From the NCBI GenBank assembly GCA_002269645.1, contig NIVC01003922.1, forward strand, positions 1-64,000: DNA of 64,000 bases, read 5' to 3'. How positions within the stretch are numbered: position 1 is the stretch's first letter; every line of letters starts with the position of its first letter. The position numbers and the translations under genes are program-made. The notes under the pieces were generated by a model. The model made no database searches and was not told the origin of the DNA. It saw nothing but the letters and a program-made list of their open reading frames with translations. Shown here piece by piece: positions 46,700-59,595 of this stretch. Origin of the DNA: Macrostomum lignano. Lineage: Eukaryota.

Positions 46700-48323
46700 G
46701 ATTGTTGATGCAAATATTATTTTGGATGGCACCAAAATCAGGCTCCAAATCACAAGTGAAAACGCAGGAAAAGTGCGAGAAAAAATGCACAGTCAAAAGA
46801 GTCAGTACTAAAGAGAAGGAAAGAAGTACAAAAAAGGTAAGAAGTTGAAGGACCAACAGCAGTCTGCTAAAGATTATAATAATAATAGTAATTCTTCCAA
46901 TGACAATGAAATCTTGCCGCTTGCACTCTGTTGTACATCTAATGCGGCAGCTATAATGCAGGAAATTGCTTCCACTACTGCCAACTGTGCCATTAGCACT
47001 GCTGCTACTGCAGTGACATCTAAACGATTGGCTGCTTCCACTACTGCCGACTGCGCCATGAGCGGTTTGAACGTGGGCACTTCCAACATGGTTTTGGTTG
47101 AAGATCCTGTAGGTGAAACGCAAAGGGCCTTTAGGGTCATTGAAAATGTGTAAACCTCGTTGGTGGGGTCTGCAATTTAAGACCTCACAGACTGGCATGA
47201 TATCTGAGGTGGATATCCGGTTCGTCTATGGTGGTGAATGGCTATTAAAAGGAAGAATAGTCAAAGTTGTGACCTCTAAAAGTTCTCATGCTGCTTTGCA
47301 TATCAGAGTACTGTTAAAGGTCCCATTCAATTCAACGCTCGGCATGCGAATCTGTGCGGCTCTGGGTAGCCATCCGTTACAATGAACATGAAGTAACTTC
47401 ATGTAACTCTTGGTGAGACCTACGAAAGAGTCTTCACAAAACACAAGCAGTGATGCGCAGGTTTTGTAAGTAGCAACAAGTTTCTTATTACAATTTGTGC
47501 CTTTACTGCAGTACTACTGAAATATTACTAAAAATGATTTTTCACTTCTTTATCTAGGAAGCGAGCTGCTAACAGACTCCAAACAAAACTGAAGCTCTGC
47601 AGTCAGCCAATCTTGCACTCAAAAACTGGCTTGTTGCAACCAACAAGCAAATTAAAGATCTTGAGAAAGAGCGTGAGCAGCTTCTTCTCCAAATTGTCCA
47701 AGCTGAAGGAGCAGCTAAAGTTCTTGCTGATGTCTCAGCAATGATCAGCACTGCAGTGGATGGCTCTGCGGCTGTTGATTCTAATGCAATTGCCAATGTT
47801 GGCAACCAAGGTGGCAATGCAAATTCTGAAGACAATACTGAGAGTGATCAGCAAAAGCAGCTTGTGTGCCTTTCAGACAAAAATCAGGCTTTACGATTGC
47901 AAAAAATAACAAAAATGGATTCCAAGCAAATCTGAAAGTTGCTAACAGCTTTTAAATCTGTAAAAGCTCTTGTAGTCTCCAACATCGACATCAATGGCAA
48001 AAAGGACAAAGACAAGCTCGTACAAAAAGTGGAATCTCGTCTTATCCACTGCCTTCTGCGGTCTCTTTATGGAGGCCGACTTTCTAGCAACAAATTTTTC
48101 AGGCCAAAAAGTTGGGCAACAAGTTCTGGACGCACCCTGCCCAATTAAAATCGAGGCTGTAAAGGAATTTTTGCCTCATTCTAACATTGCTGTAGAGCAT
48201 CAGACTCTGTGTCTAGCATTTAAGCAGTGCCGTGCCACAGCCAGAGAGCAAATGCAGCCGCAAAAACAGGCAATTCAACAGGTCAAAACATCTGAATGGA
48301 AGGACAAACAACGCACTGTTTAG
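46700..48323 (+). pseudogene. Two-exon coiled-coil plus BEN-domain-like gene, degraded
   Basis: Intron ~47466-47557, coiled coil (TNKQIKDLEKEREQLLLQ), then LIHCLLRSLY / ATNFSGQKVGQQVLDAPCPIKIEAVKEF...AFKQCR. Contains a stop and frameshifts. Confidence 0.5.
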
Positions 48324-48744
48324 AAGTCTGCGCTGAGTTACGCATCACAGGCATCACAATTTGTACCTAGTTGGGCTGCCTGCAGTCATAGCAATAGTAA
48401 TGGTGATGTCAGTCATGTTGGTGTCATGCTGGCTTCTGACAGCAATGCCATACTGCATTTGGAGGGTGACGATGTGCAACTGCTGCTAGTTTGTAGTCTA
48501 TGACTTGTGAACTCAGGGTCTCCCTAAAACAAGTACCGCACCACCCTATTATTACTACATGTATTATCATTATTATTCTTAGAATTTTACATTTTGAAGT
48601 AATAGAAAACTATAAATTTATGAAACACTTTAAGCTCAACAGAAAACTTTTTTGCAATGTCTTAAGTTATAAACCAAATTGTGTTAATGTGCAGCACTGC
48701 TGGGTGGTGTGGTATGTGTTTTAGGGAGACCCGTGAACCCATTA

Positions 48745-49229
48745 CGAGAGCCATCCCAAAAGTTTGTGCAATCATGCCACAGTTTAGACTGACATCACAA
48801 CAAACAGTTGATTTTTTTCAGGATGTCAAAATAAAATCCAATGAATGCAATGGCTCATTCTAAGCGCCCAGGAAACTTGTGAACACTGTTTACAAATACC
48901 CAAATCACCCGGGTTTTCTAGAAGTCAGATGATCTCATTGAAGAGCTTATTCAGGCATTGCTACTGGCGCCCCTAGGTCCTCTGTGAGAATTTGGTGGAT
49001 GCTGGATACAAAGAATTTCACTAAGTTCTGCCATTTTTTTAGACATCTATTGTGGATTGATTTCTAGTAGACCACAGATGAGCTGCATGTTGCTCTCTTA
49101 GTCTGCACATCTCGGGGTCTCCCAGATTTTGGCTCGTCCAAGGTTGAAGTGCAGCTGCTTTTAAACTAGTCCTACCACTTGTACACTACTTGAAATGAAT
49201 CAATTGCACAAACTTTTGGGACCCAGTCG
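48745..49229 (-). mobile_element. Internally deleted mariner element
   Basis: TA|CGAGAGCCATCCCAAAAGTTTGTGCAAT left TIR and its inverted counterpart at 49204-49229. Minus-strand remnants VYKW..FKSSCTSTLDEPKSGRP and IHQILTEDLG. Confidence 0.72.
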
Positions 49230-49539
49230 AACAAGCTGCTTTTTGTTGTCCATAACAGTTTGAACCCTTTATTGACTATCAGGGGTACGTCCAAGGGTTT
49301 CAGGATGGGGAGGCCCAGTTGGGGCCTAGTAAAAACTGAAGGGACAAAATCTCAAATTTTTACTCTTTGTTGATTTTTGTTTTGTAATTGAAAGGTTTTT
49401 GAATAAAAAGCATACAAAGTAAACTTTAAACACAAATTCTAAACACAAACTACATATTGACTTTTCCTGGCAGACCCTTGTCAAAAAACTCCATTGGTTA
49501 TTCTATCAGAAGATTTTATACATAAATCACTATGAGAGG

Positions 49540-49945
49540 AAAGAAGTGAGAGGAGAGGGAAGAGAGGAAAGAGAGAATAAATAAGGGTGAGAGAAGCGGA
49601 AGGAGAGAGTAGAGATGAGAGGAGGATGAGATGAAATAAGAGGAAAGAGTAGATAGGAGAAAGTAGAGAAGTGATAGAGGAGAGTAGAAGTGGAAGAGTA
49701 GAGAGATGAGACAGGAGAGATTAGGCCCCCTATAGAGTGGAGATAAGCGAGCAGAAAGAAGAGATAAAAGAGAAATAAAGATAGAGCTGTTAGAGAGGAA
49801 AAAGGAAAGAAAAGAGAGCAGAGACAAGATATATGAGAGTAGACAAAACAGAGATAGAAAAGAATATGTGAGAGCAGAGAGGAGAGGTAATGGGAGAAAG
49901 AAGTGGAGTGAGGAGAGAGGATACAAGAAGAAGTAGAATAGAATC
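49540..49945. repeat. AG-rich low-complexity tract
   Basis: Almost purine-only on +. Confidence 0.9.
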
Positions 49946-50037
49946 GAGAGGATGTATTGCATTATGGATGTAGTGTTGACTATATAGTGCATTTACGCAC
50001 GAGTTTTTTATACCATCTGCTACGAGCTATAATCACA

Positions 50038-51075
50038 TGTTACGTTCCATTTTTTACAACTTTGGTTTGGTCCACTAAAAATATAATATACTATTTTAAT
50101 AATACAAAGTGCACTATATTTTTGGCTTTAGCCTTGGAAAAGGTAAACTCATGTTTTTTACTGTTTGCACTTATTTGGATCATATTAAAATGCTTCAGGC
50201 TATCATTGAATGTTGTACTCTTTGTAGTCAATGATTATTGAATGTAATAGGCCTTCTTCTTTTAGTAGTTTACATTTCTTAGAAAAGGGGTATAAATTCA
50301 AAAAAAGCTATTATTTTGTTTTACTACACGAATATCTTGTATACTTTGTATATTTTTCATATTCTTTATATTACTTTTTGTTTGAAATGACAGGAAAAAT
50401 TATACTATAAATAGAGGCCATTTGAGAGCCTAGCAAACCAACTGGCTAACTTCCTGTTCCTCGTTGAACAACTTTAATACTCTCATTTGAGAAGAAATCA
50501 GCCTTGGGCTCGTATTTGCTCGTGTTACTTATTTCAAGTAGTGGATAGTAGTTTAGGAGTTGCCCCAAGATTGGGAGTTCAGTCCGTTCTCAGAGAACGA
50601 GAAATCCTAGACTTAGGAGTTTAGTAACCCGCCTTTAGGAGGCAGAGATCCTACCATAGGGTAGAGAAATCCAGGCTTAGAGTCTGAGAAACCCGCCTCA
50701 GGGCAGAATACCCAGCGAAGTGCGCTGTGACCCTCTGATCCTGGGAACGCCCAGGACTGAGAATAATACCTTTAGAGGAGTATAGGAATAGGATAGACAG
50801 TGCCTAGAAGACCGCTCAGGCCAGAAAGTACAATAAAAGTACAGACACTAACAGTAAAAGTACATACACTACCAATAGAAGTACATATGCTACTAGTAAA
50901 AGGCAAGTAATAACCAGCAATATTAACAAGAAGGAACAGCCCCTGTAACAACTTTAGTGGCAGCTTTAGAACAGTCAATAATAGGAATTATAAAAGTAGC
51001 CCTACAATAGCTGGTGGCATAATGGTAGGATTTACATAGAGAGCCAAAAGCCCTATAACAGCTTGGTGGCAGCAA
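50038..51075 (+). mobile_element. Candidate third LTR with tRNA-Leu-type PBS
   Basis: TGTTAC (50038)...ATAACA (51060) followed by TGGTGGCAGC at 51064, TATAAATA at ~50406. No partner LTR in the window. Confidence 0.35.
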
Positions 51076-52087
51076 GTAAGGCTAAACAAAAGAATAAATA
51101 AGAGCCCTGGGACATGAAGTAGTCAGTGTTTATTACAGATATAGTACACTTCTATGTTACTCGTATTTGAACAATAAATTTCAACATTAACATGCATATT
51201 AAAATAGTGGTAATGCAATAATTGTGCTCTACATAGGATCAGCAGAATAATTCGATTTCAATCAGTAGCTTCTTTTGCAGTTTCTGAAACGAATTCCACC
51301 CAGGAAACAGCCTGGTTTTTAAGTACACTGTGTCTTAGTCACTGTCTTTAAGTATGGCCATAACATATATATAAAATATTATAAATAGGAACAATATAAT
51401 GGCAACAAATAGAGGTCCCTATTTGTGTATACATAATCTGTAGCCAGATATTATATGTAGCCGGATAATCTACTGTTTCTAGTATTTTATAGTATTTTGA
51501 ATGAAAATTATAGCAATAATAAAAAACCATCATTAGGATTAAATTGATTTGCTTACATTTTGTCCTCTTCTACTGGGCAACCATATTCATCATACATTTT
51601 AAAGAGCGACAATTGTTGCTATTAGCTGTTAACTTATAAGTAAATTTAAAAGCAAACAATAAACTAATGACTTTGGGAAAGATATTTATAAGCAGGTAAC
51701 AGGCTACTTATCTTAGACACGTTCATAAAACTCCACCGAAAAGTAGTCAGACGCCGCTCCTGTGGTTCGTGGAAAGCTGGATTTCTGCGGTGGTACAAAT
51801 AAATTGTAACCTTAAATGTAATTTATTAGCAAAGAAGTTTTTATAGCGTTTTTTAATTTTTGCTATTTTATTTTTATTTTTCTAATACTTTAGGTTTTTT
51901 ATTTTGTTAACTTTTATAAATTTTTAAAGTTTCAAGCAACAAGTTTAAACGTTTATTTCGATCGATCCGTTCGATCGATTTCTTATACTGTAAAGGTTAA
52001 GTTGCAATTTGCTGTTTTATACCTGTATACTTTATATTATAAATATAGTACACATATTTTTACTTTGCTTTCTGGTTAATATTATTG

Positions 52088-55000
52088 ATGAATCTTAGTC
52101 TTGAAGACATTATAGGATCAAAGCAACGTGATATGTAAGTTTCCTTGGTTACGCATAGGCCTGCCTTTGCTTTGCTATGTTGTTATGTATGAGCTCAGGC
52201 CTAGCGTGCATTCTAAGTTGTATTTTAGATGATTTTTTCAGTGGCGCAACAAGAAAGTTAAAGACCCAACTAAAGGAACTAACTAAAGGCAGCTAAAGAC
52301 CCAAACAAAAATGGAGGTGCTAGTTCTGTTTTTAGTTAAAATATCAGAGAGAGAGAGTAGGCCCAGTCCTAAAAACATTCTAAAATTTGTGTTAGGATTC
52401 TTATGGATATTATGCATATGAGACATGCCTTTATAGATCTTGTTGAATATAATATATTCCGAATAGGCAAAAATTCCATAATCTTTTCACACCCAGGAAG
52501 GTATACATTGTGGCAAAAAATTCTAGTGCACTTCAACAAAAAATCTGTGCAAAGTTGAAAAAAGCTTACAAAAGGTATGAAAATTCATTAGTTTTTTACT
52601 TTTGTTTCAATTGGACTTTTATCAATTTTTTTAATAGTACATATATTACTTATATGGTAAAATCCAAAAACGTGGGATAAAATAGTAAAACAAATCTGCG
52701 GACATTGATGGAAAGTAATGTATCTAAAAAAGGTTTTTGAAAGATGGTAGGTCTTTAAAAAATAGTTCTGGATAAAAACTATTGTTTTCATGCTTTATAT
52801 CGTTGAATAAATAAGAAAAAAACACAAAAAAGCATTTTAAAAGTCCAAGTTGACCAATTCACAATTTTTTGTTTCACTTTTTTTCATTATTGAACAATTA
52901 ATTTTAAGACTTGTAGGCCTTAGAGAAGGCTAATTTTTTTACTACTTATAAAACAGAAAATAATCTGTGTTTTACTTTTTATTCTATTCAAAAAGATGGG
53001 GTATTTCTAAAGATTTCAAAGTTTTTCTAAAACCACATGAACTCGCGAAAATTCATACTCATTTAAAGTGCAAAATTTGCCAGCAAACATCTTTTTCTAA
53101 AAGTAAATATATCGCTAATTCCTTATTTCAAAATAATCTAAGTCGTTTTCTTTCATTTAAATATCAACTTGCATAGTATTAGTGTTTGTAATATGCCTAT
53201 ATTTAGACTTAAAAATTTTGAGTAAAAAATGGTACCATAAAATGTGACCCTGGCATCCAAATCAAATGCTTCCTATATGCTTATTAAGCAACAAAGAACA
53301 ATGAAATTACACTAAAACCTGTATCACCGCGGCGTGTATGCAAGAAAAAAAAGAATTTTCCAAATCGCTTTAGTAGAAGCTGCGTAAAATGCAATTTTCC
53401 AATCCTTATAAGAATTCCAATGTGTTACCTGGCTTCCAAATTAGATGCTTACTGTATGCTTATTAAGCAACGAAGAAAAAAGAAATTACACTAAAACATG
53501 TACCATTGCGGCGTGTATGCAAGAAAAAAAGAATTTTCCAAATAGCTTTGGTAAAAGCTGAGTAAAATGCAATTTTCCGATCCTTATGGGAATTTGTATT
53601 TTTACTTAATAAACTTATGTTGAATACAATTTATTGCAAACAAACTCTACAAAATACATATTGTCAAGAGTACAGAAAGTGATAAGCAAATAAACCCTTT
53701 AAAAAATGTTAAATATGTTATAGAATTATAGAGTGCAATATTATAAAATAGTTAAAGTTAATAAAATACATTATAGCTTTTCTATCATTTTCATTAGAGT
53801 CATTTTAGGTCATAATTAAACTTACAATTTTAACAAATCATTTTATTAAAAATAAAGCTATACATAGATAATTTGTGCTTTTATATACTTTTTTACCTTT
53901 TTAAAACTTAAATAAATTTATTTTATAGCTTTATTGCTTTCAAATTGCCAAAAAACAAATTTTCATAAAACTTGCCCCCAATTTTTGGATTTCGCCATAT
54001 GGTATTACCCCTATGAATTTATTTATTTGGTTGATAGAGTGATCAAGGCTGCATTTATTGGCCGAGGCATGCTAAAGCCCCTGATTTGGTGGCCAGCCAA
54101 GGAAGTTGCAAAAATGCCCACCCGAAAAAAACACAGGAAATACAAAAAGGTAGCGTGGCACGATATTTCTATACTAACCCCCTCCTCCTAGCTTAGCAAG
54201 CTGGCAAAAGGCTCAGTGGTCCCAGTAAGGCGCAAATTTGCACTTGGTGCAAATGAGGTACAAATGCACAAATTTTACAAAAATGGCACAATTTTTTTGC
54301 CATTGTATGGTGCAAATTTTTCACAACTGATTGGTGCAAAATTGGAGCTAAGCGGCTCCGAATTGGGCAAAAAGTGTCTTTAATCCATTTTTCTTAAATA
54401 TTCAAAAAAGTTAGTATATTATTAGAGACCATGGAGCCAATAAGTACCATAGGAAAAATGCAAGAAAAAATTGTTCAAAATAGGAGGTAAAATAGTGTAC
54501 TCGTTGCTAATGCTAAGTAGCCTCTGCCAAGGAATTCTATAATTAGCAATCTGGAGTGGAAGCAAGTTTTACCTCATGAGGCCACGCCAATTGTAAAGAT
54601 AAAGAGCCAGCACTGAATGTCTATGGCTCTGTCTGACTGTCTATGCTAGTCTGGCCTCAAGAGGTAAAACAGAAAAACTCATTTCCACTCCAGGTTGCTA
54701 ATTATAGAACTCCTTGCCTCTGCCCTATGGTTTAAATTACAAAATTTTATTTAGCACTCACTTAACTTGGAAAGGAATTAATGTATTAATGTACTTAACG
54801 CTTGTCAATCTTCAAATTTTAAATTATTTAGTCTTGTGCTGTGTAGGCTGTTAAAATCAAATTTCATTATTAAAATAGATTAATTATGTTTTATTGTTAA
54901 GTTAGCAGTAGGTCTTGTCTGACTTCTTGCTATTTTTTGCAGTTCCTTACATTTTGTTCTAATTTTTAAACTTTAATCAAATAATTCAACCTAAAATGCT

Positions 55001-58000
55001 ACTAATATTTTATTTGTAATCCTTGGTTGCTAGAATCATTAATTTCTGAAAACAGTGTAGGAGGTACATGTATGCTAAATTTTGCTGTCAGGTAGTTATA
55101 GTTGCATCAAACATCAATGCAGTTTGCATTTTTGCTGACATTTTCGTCACAGCATATTTCATACCTAAAAATTACAGTACACCCTTTTCAAGGTTGTGCG
55201 CGCCACATGACTTTAAGCTAGGCGCAAAAAAAAGTGTATGCCAAGTATTTTAAGAGATTAAAAATTTTATATTGCAACAATCAAGGACCTTGTCACCTTT
55301 TAACCACTAGCTTATTCTTCAAAATGTTAGACCTTTCATTATAAACTGGAAGACACTAGTACCTATTTTCAAATTTGTGCCTTCTACAAAATTCAAACCT
55401 TTGTATACCAGTTTTTGTGTTATAGATCATGGAACTTGGAGAATTTTGTATTCCACTTATAACACAAAACAAGTCAAAGTTTTTGCATGCAGAAGGCATC
55501 CTAAAAAGTTGCAAAGTTGTCAAAATTGCTAAAAAGGTTCTTTATTGTCATTACATGGAAAAAACTTTTGTATTTCAGAGTAAGCAACTTACCTGAAAAA
55601 AATTCTATTCCAAAATTGCCATGCAAGGATTCCATCTTGGCCTATCTATAGATTATAGTTATCTTAGTACCAATATATTTTGATAACAGTATAACACAAA
55701 GTAGCACAACCAGAAATTTTTCATCCTTGATCTAAAGTATTTATTGCTGAACTTGGCCAAATCTTCTAATTCTTAATCGCCTATAGGCTCACATAGTTAA
55801 AACTTTTGGTGGTCAGCACCGTTGGCTTCAGGTAGACAAGTGCAAGCTGCAATTTTTATTCTATGAAATAAACAGACAAGTAATTAAATGTGCAGCTTCA
55901 ATTTCCCACACTCAGGTCTCGATTCGGGCATCAAAACTCCAACCAGCCCAGGCAGTCGCAGCTCCGGGCCAAAATTCAGCAGGATGCCAGGCAGTTCATT
56001 GCTAATCGAAAACGTCAAGGAATCAGCGATGCCAGACAGTTGCTGCTTCAACGGAAGCCTGACCCTGGTGAGCTCAGCTGTTTGCTGCCTTGCTCAGTTG
56101 CTTACTGCTCTCAACTTCAGCTGTCCCAGTCCCTTCCTCTGGTCCATCTCAAAACCCATCCTCCATCCCATCTCAAACCCCATCCTCCATCCCATCTCAA
56201 ACCCCATCCTCCATCCCATCTCAAAACCCATCCTCCATCCCATCTCAAAACCCATCCTCCATCCCATCTCAAACCCCATCTCAAACCCCATCCTTCATCC
56301 CATCTCAAACCCCATCCTTCATCCCATCTCAAACCCCATCCTCCATCCCATCTCAAAACCCATCCTCCATCCGATCTCAAAACCCATCCTCCATCCTATC
56401 TTAAACCCCATCTCAAACCCCATCCTCCATCCCATCTCAAACCCCATTCTCCATCCCATCTCAAACCCCATCCTCCATCCCATCTCAAACCCCATCCTCC
56501 ATCCCATCTCAAGCCCCATTCTCCATCCCATCTCAAACCCCATTCTCCATCCCATCTCAAACCCCATCTCAAACCCCATCCTCCATCCCATCTCAAACCC
56601 CATTCTCCATCCCATCTCAAGCCCCATCCTCCATCCCATCTCAAACCCCATCCTCCATCCCATCTCAAGCCCCATTCTCCATCCCATCTCAAACCCCATC
56701 CTCCATCCCATCTCAAGCCCCATTCTCCATCCCATCTCAAACCCCATCTCCATACCATCTCAAACCCCATCTCCATCCCATCTCAAGCCCCATCCTCCAT
56801 CCCATCTCAAACCCCATCTCAAACCCCATCCTCCATCCATCTCAAGCCCCATCCTCCATCCCATCTCAAACCCCATCTCAAACCCCATCCTCCATCCCAT
56901 CTCAAGCCCCATCCTCCATCCCATCTCAAACCCCATCCTCCATCCCATCTCAAGCCCCATCCTCCATCCCATCTCAAACCCCATTCTCCATCCCATCTCA
57001 AACCCCATCCTTCATCCCATCTCAAACCCCATCCTCCATCCCATTTCAAACCCCATTCTCCATCCCATCTCAAACCCCATTCTCCATCCCATCTCAAACC
57101 CCATCCTTCATCCCATCTCAAACCCCATTCTCCATCCCATCTCAAACCCCATTCTCCATCCCATCTCAAGCCCCATCCTCCATCCCATCTCAAACCCCAT
57201 CCTTCATCCCATCTCAAACCCCATCCTCCATCCCATCTCAAACCCCATTCTCCATCCCATCTCAAACCCCATTCTCCATCCCATCTCAAACCCCATCCTT
57301 CATCCCATCTCAAACCCCATCCTCCATCCCATCTCAAACCCCATTCTCCATCCCATCTCAAGCCCCATCCTCCATCCCATCTCAAACCCCATCCTCCATC
57401 CCATCTCAAACCCCATCCTCCATCCCATCTCAAACCCCATTCTCCATCCCATCTCAAAACCCATCCTCCATCCCATCTCAAGCCCCATCCTCCATCCCAT
57501 CTCAAACCCTATCTTAAACCCCATCCTCCATCCCATTTCAAACCCCATTCTCTATCCCATTTTAAACCCATCCCGAAACCTCAAGCCCACAAAAACCCAA
57601 AACGCTGATCACCCAGCCTGCCCCGCATTCCCCAGTGCCCAACGAGGTCCCGGAGGCCTTGCCAGTCGCCGAGCCGCTGGTGCCGCTGCTGCTGCCGCAG
57701 AAGGTGATCGCTAACGACCGGTACCAGCCGCCGCCTCCGCCGCGCATTGACTTGGAATACGACCTGCCCCCGGCCCCGCGCTTTGTCGGCTCGCGCGCCG
57801 CCGCTCCCCCTGGCCAGCCTGGGAGATTTTTATCCCAGCACCAGCCGCCGCTGCCACGTCGTCGGCTGGCGACAGCCGCTCCCGTCGCTCAGCCGGCGCC
57901 TCGGCAGAATCTGCGCCCTGCGCCCCAGCTGCCGCCGCAGCCTCATCGCTACGACCAGCCTCCTGGTCGTTACTATCCGGATGAAGATTATTCAGTGGAG

Positions 58001-59595
58001 CCCGAGGACTTTGCCGAAGAGTATTATTACGAAAGTCCGGCTGGGCATGAATACACCGAAATCATTGACGATCTGGACGAGTATCAGCATCAGCCGCCTG
58101 TTGAAGATGAAATCTATGACGATTATGAGCCGTCCGAGTATGACTATGCTCATGCTGCTGAGATGGAGCCGCGCTATGTTCAGCGCCAGTCGGTTCGCTA
58201 TGAGCAGCGGCGGCCTCAGCTTGAGCCTGGCTACCAGTACACCGAGCCGGAGCCAAGCGTTCGCAACGGCGCGTCGACAATGCGGCTGCACCTTCAGGAG
58301 CGGCGCCCTGTAGTTGCCGCTACTGCCACCGCCGCTGTGCCGCGGGCTCCTCGACCGTCTCGCCCCAGGGCCGCGGCCTCAGCGGCTCTCTACGGTGGCG
58401 GCAGCAGCGGCGGTGGTGGCGGGGAGTTCTTCGACCGCCGCCAGCCCCAGCTGCGTCAAATTGATGCCGACGGCGATGTCGAAATGGTCGCCGCCATGTC
58501 GGAGCGTCGGCGACATCGGAGCCGATCGCCACAGCTGGCGAGGCCGTCGACGGCTTTTTCCGCCGCTGCTGCTGCTGCCGGTGCCCCGTCGCGGTCCAGC
58601 GCCGCTCATCGACAGTCGCACCAGGGTTTGTCGGGGCGCGCCGTCGCTGCTCAGCCTGCCGCTGCTGCTGCCGGTACTTCGTCGGGGCGTTCGACCGAGG
58701 ACGTCGTCAAGGTTTGCGATTGTGTTTTATATTTTGGCGTAACAAGTCTCCTGCTGGTAAGCCACTGTATAGAATGATTTAGAGTAGGATAATTTCGAAT
58801 TTTAGTAAGTTTTTTTAATTCATAAGCTTCATCGAAATTTCCCTTCCCAAACCCTTTGTTTTAAATACCTTACCCAGATCACAGATCTCAAATCCCAAAC
58901 TGCAGATCTCAAATCCCAAACTGCAGATCTCAAATCCCAAACTGCAGATCTCAAATCCCAAACTGCAGATCTCAAATCCCAAACTGCAGATCTCAAATCT
59001 CAAACTGCAGATCTCAAATCCCAAACTGCAGATCTCAAATCCCAAACTGCAGATCTCAAATCCCAAACTGCAGATCTCAAATCCCAAACTGTAGATCTCA
59101 AATCTCAAACTGCAGATCTCAAATCCCAAACTGCAGATCTCAAATCCCAAACTGCAGATCTCAAATCCCAAACTGCAGATCTCAAATCCCAAACTGCAGA
59201 TCTCAAATCCCAAACCTAAGATTAACCAATCTGTCTTCCCTTGCCACTGGCACATCAGAGCGCCGCGCCAGACCACTGGGCTACGGCCTTCCATCTGGCT
59301 TACCCACCTTACCTGCTGTTTGATATTCCCACCTTCACAGGCCTATAAGGTGTCAATCAGCGGTCTGCACCACAGCGTCACCCGCGACGACATCTACGAG
59401 CTGTTCTCGTCCGTTGGCTCGGTGCGCAAGTGCTCGATGCTGGGCAGCGGCAAGGCGGAGGTCGTGTTCCCCGACAGGGCTGAGGCCGAGACGGCAGTGA
59501 AGCGGTACAACAACCGCGAGCTGGACGGGGTGCCGATGCGGCTGCAGATTTCTATGGTTGGCATCCGACTGCAGTCGGGCAAGAGTTCCAGGTGA
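52088..59595 (+). CDS. POLDIP3: POLDIP3/SKAR-like RRM protein (ALYREF family), at least 4 exons
   Basis: Exons 52088-52134 (MNLSLEDII), 55916-56067 (two DARQ motifs), 57636-58711, 59341 to 59556 or 59595, with consistent phases. RRM VSISGLHHSVTRDDIYELF...GKAEVVF...YNNRELDGVPM has the short loop of POLDIP3. The 3' end is uncertain. Confidence 0.8.
53243..53598. repeat. Two diverged tandem copies of a ~180-bp unit
   Basis: 53243-53421 aligns with 53422-53598. Confidence 0.85.
54528..54716. mobile_element. ~189-bp foldback/MITE with ~57-bp imperfect TIRs and 7-9-bp flanking direct repeat
   Basis: CAAGGAATTCTATAATTAGCAATCTGGAGTGGAA...GAGGCCA is mirrored at 54652-54716. CCTCTGC lies on both sides (54521, 54717). 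Confidence 0.75.
56143..57565. repeat. 24-bp minisatellite (AACCCCATCCTCCATCCCATCTCA), POLDIP3-like intron 2
   Basis: About 59 copies with occasional 12-bp half units. Confidence 0.97.
58882..59215. repeat. 21-bp minisatellite (CAGATCTCAAATCCCAAACTG), POLDIP3-like intron 3
   Basis: 16 nearly identical copies. Confidence 0.97.

Noticed and set aside
2404-48323. Frameshifts as pure long-read assembly error
   Set aside because: PICK1, the POLDIP3-like gene and the Arg-rich precursor have no indels over about 3.3 kb of coding sequence, so breaks concentrate in mobile-element genes. Individual homopolymer indels still need read checks.
55888-57714. 608-aa (NPILHPIS)n ORF and the overlapping antisense GFEMGWRM/WDGGWGLR ORFs
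   Set aside because: These are translations of a 24-bp minisatellite lying between phase-compatible splice sites of the POLDIP3-like gene.
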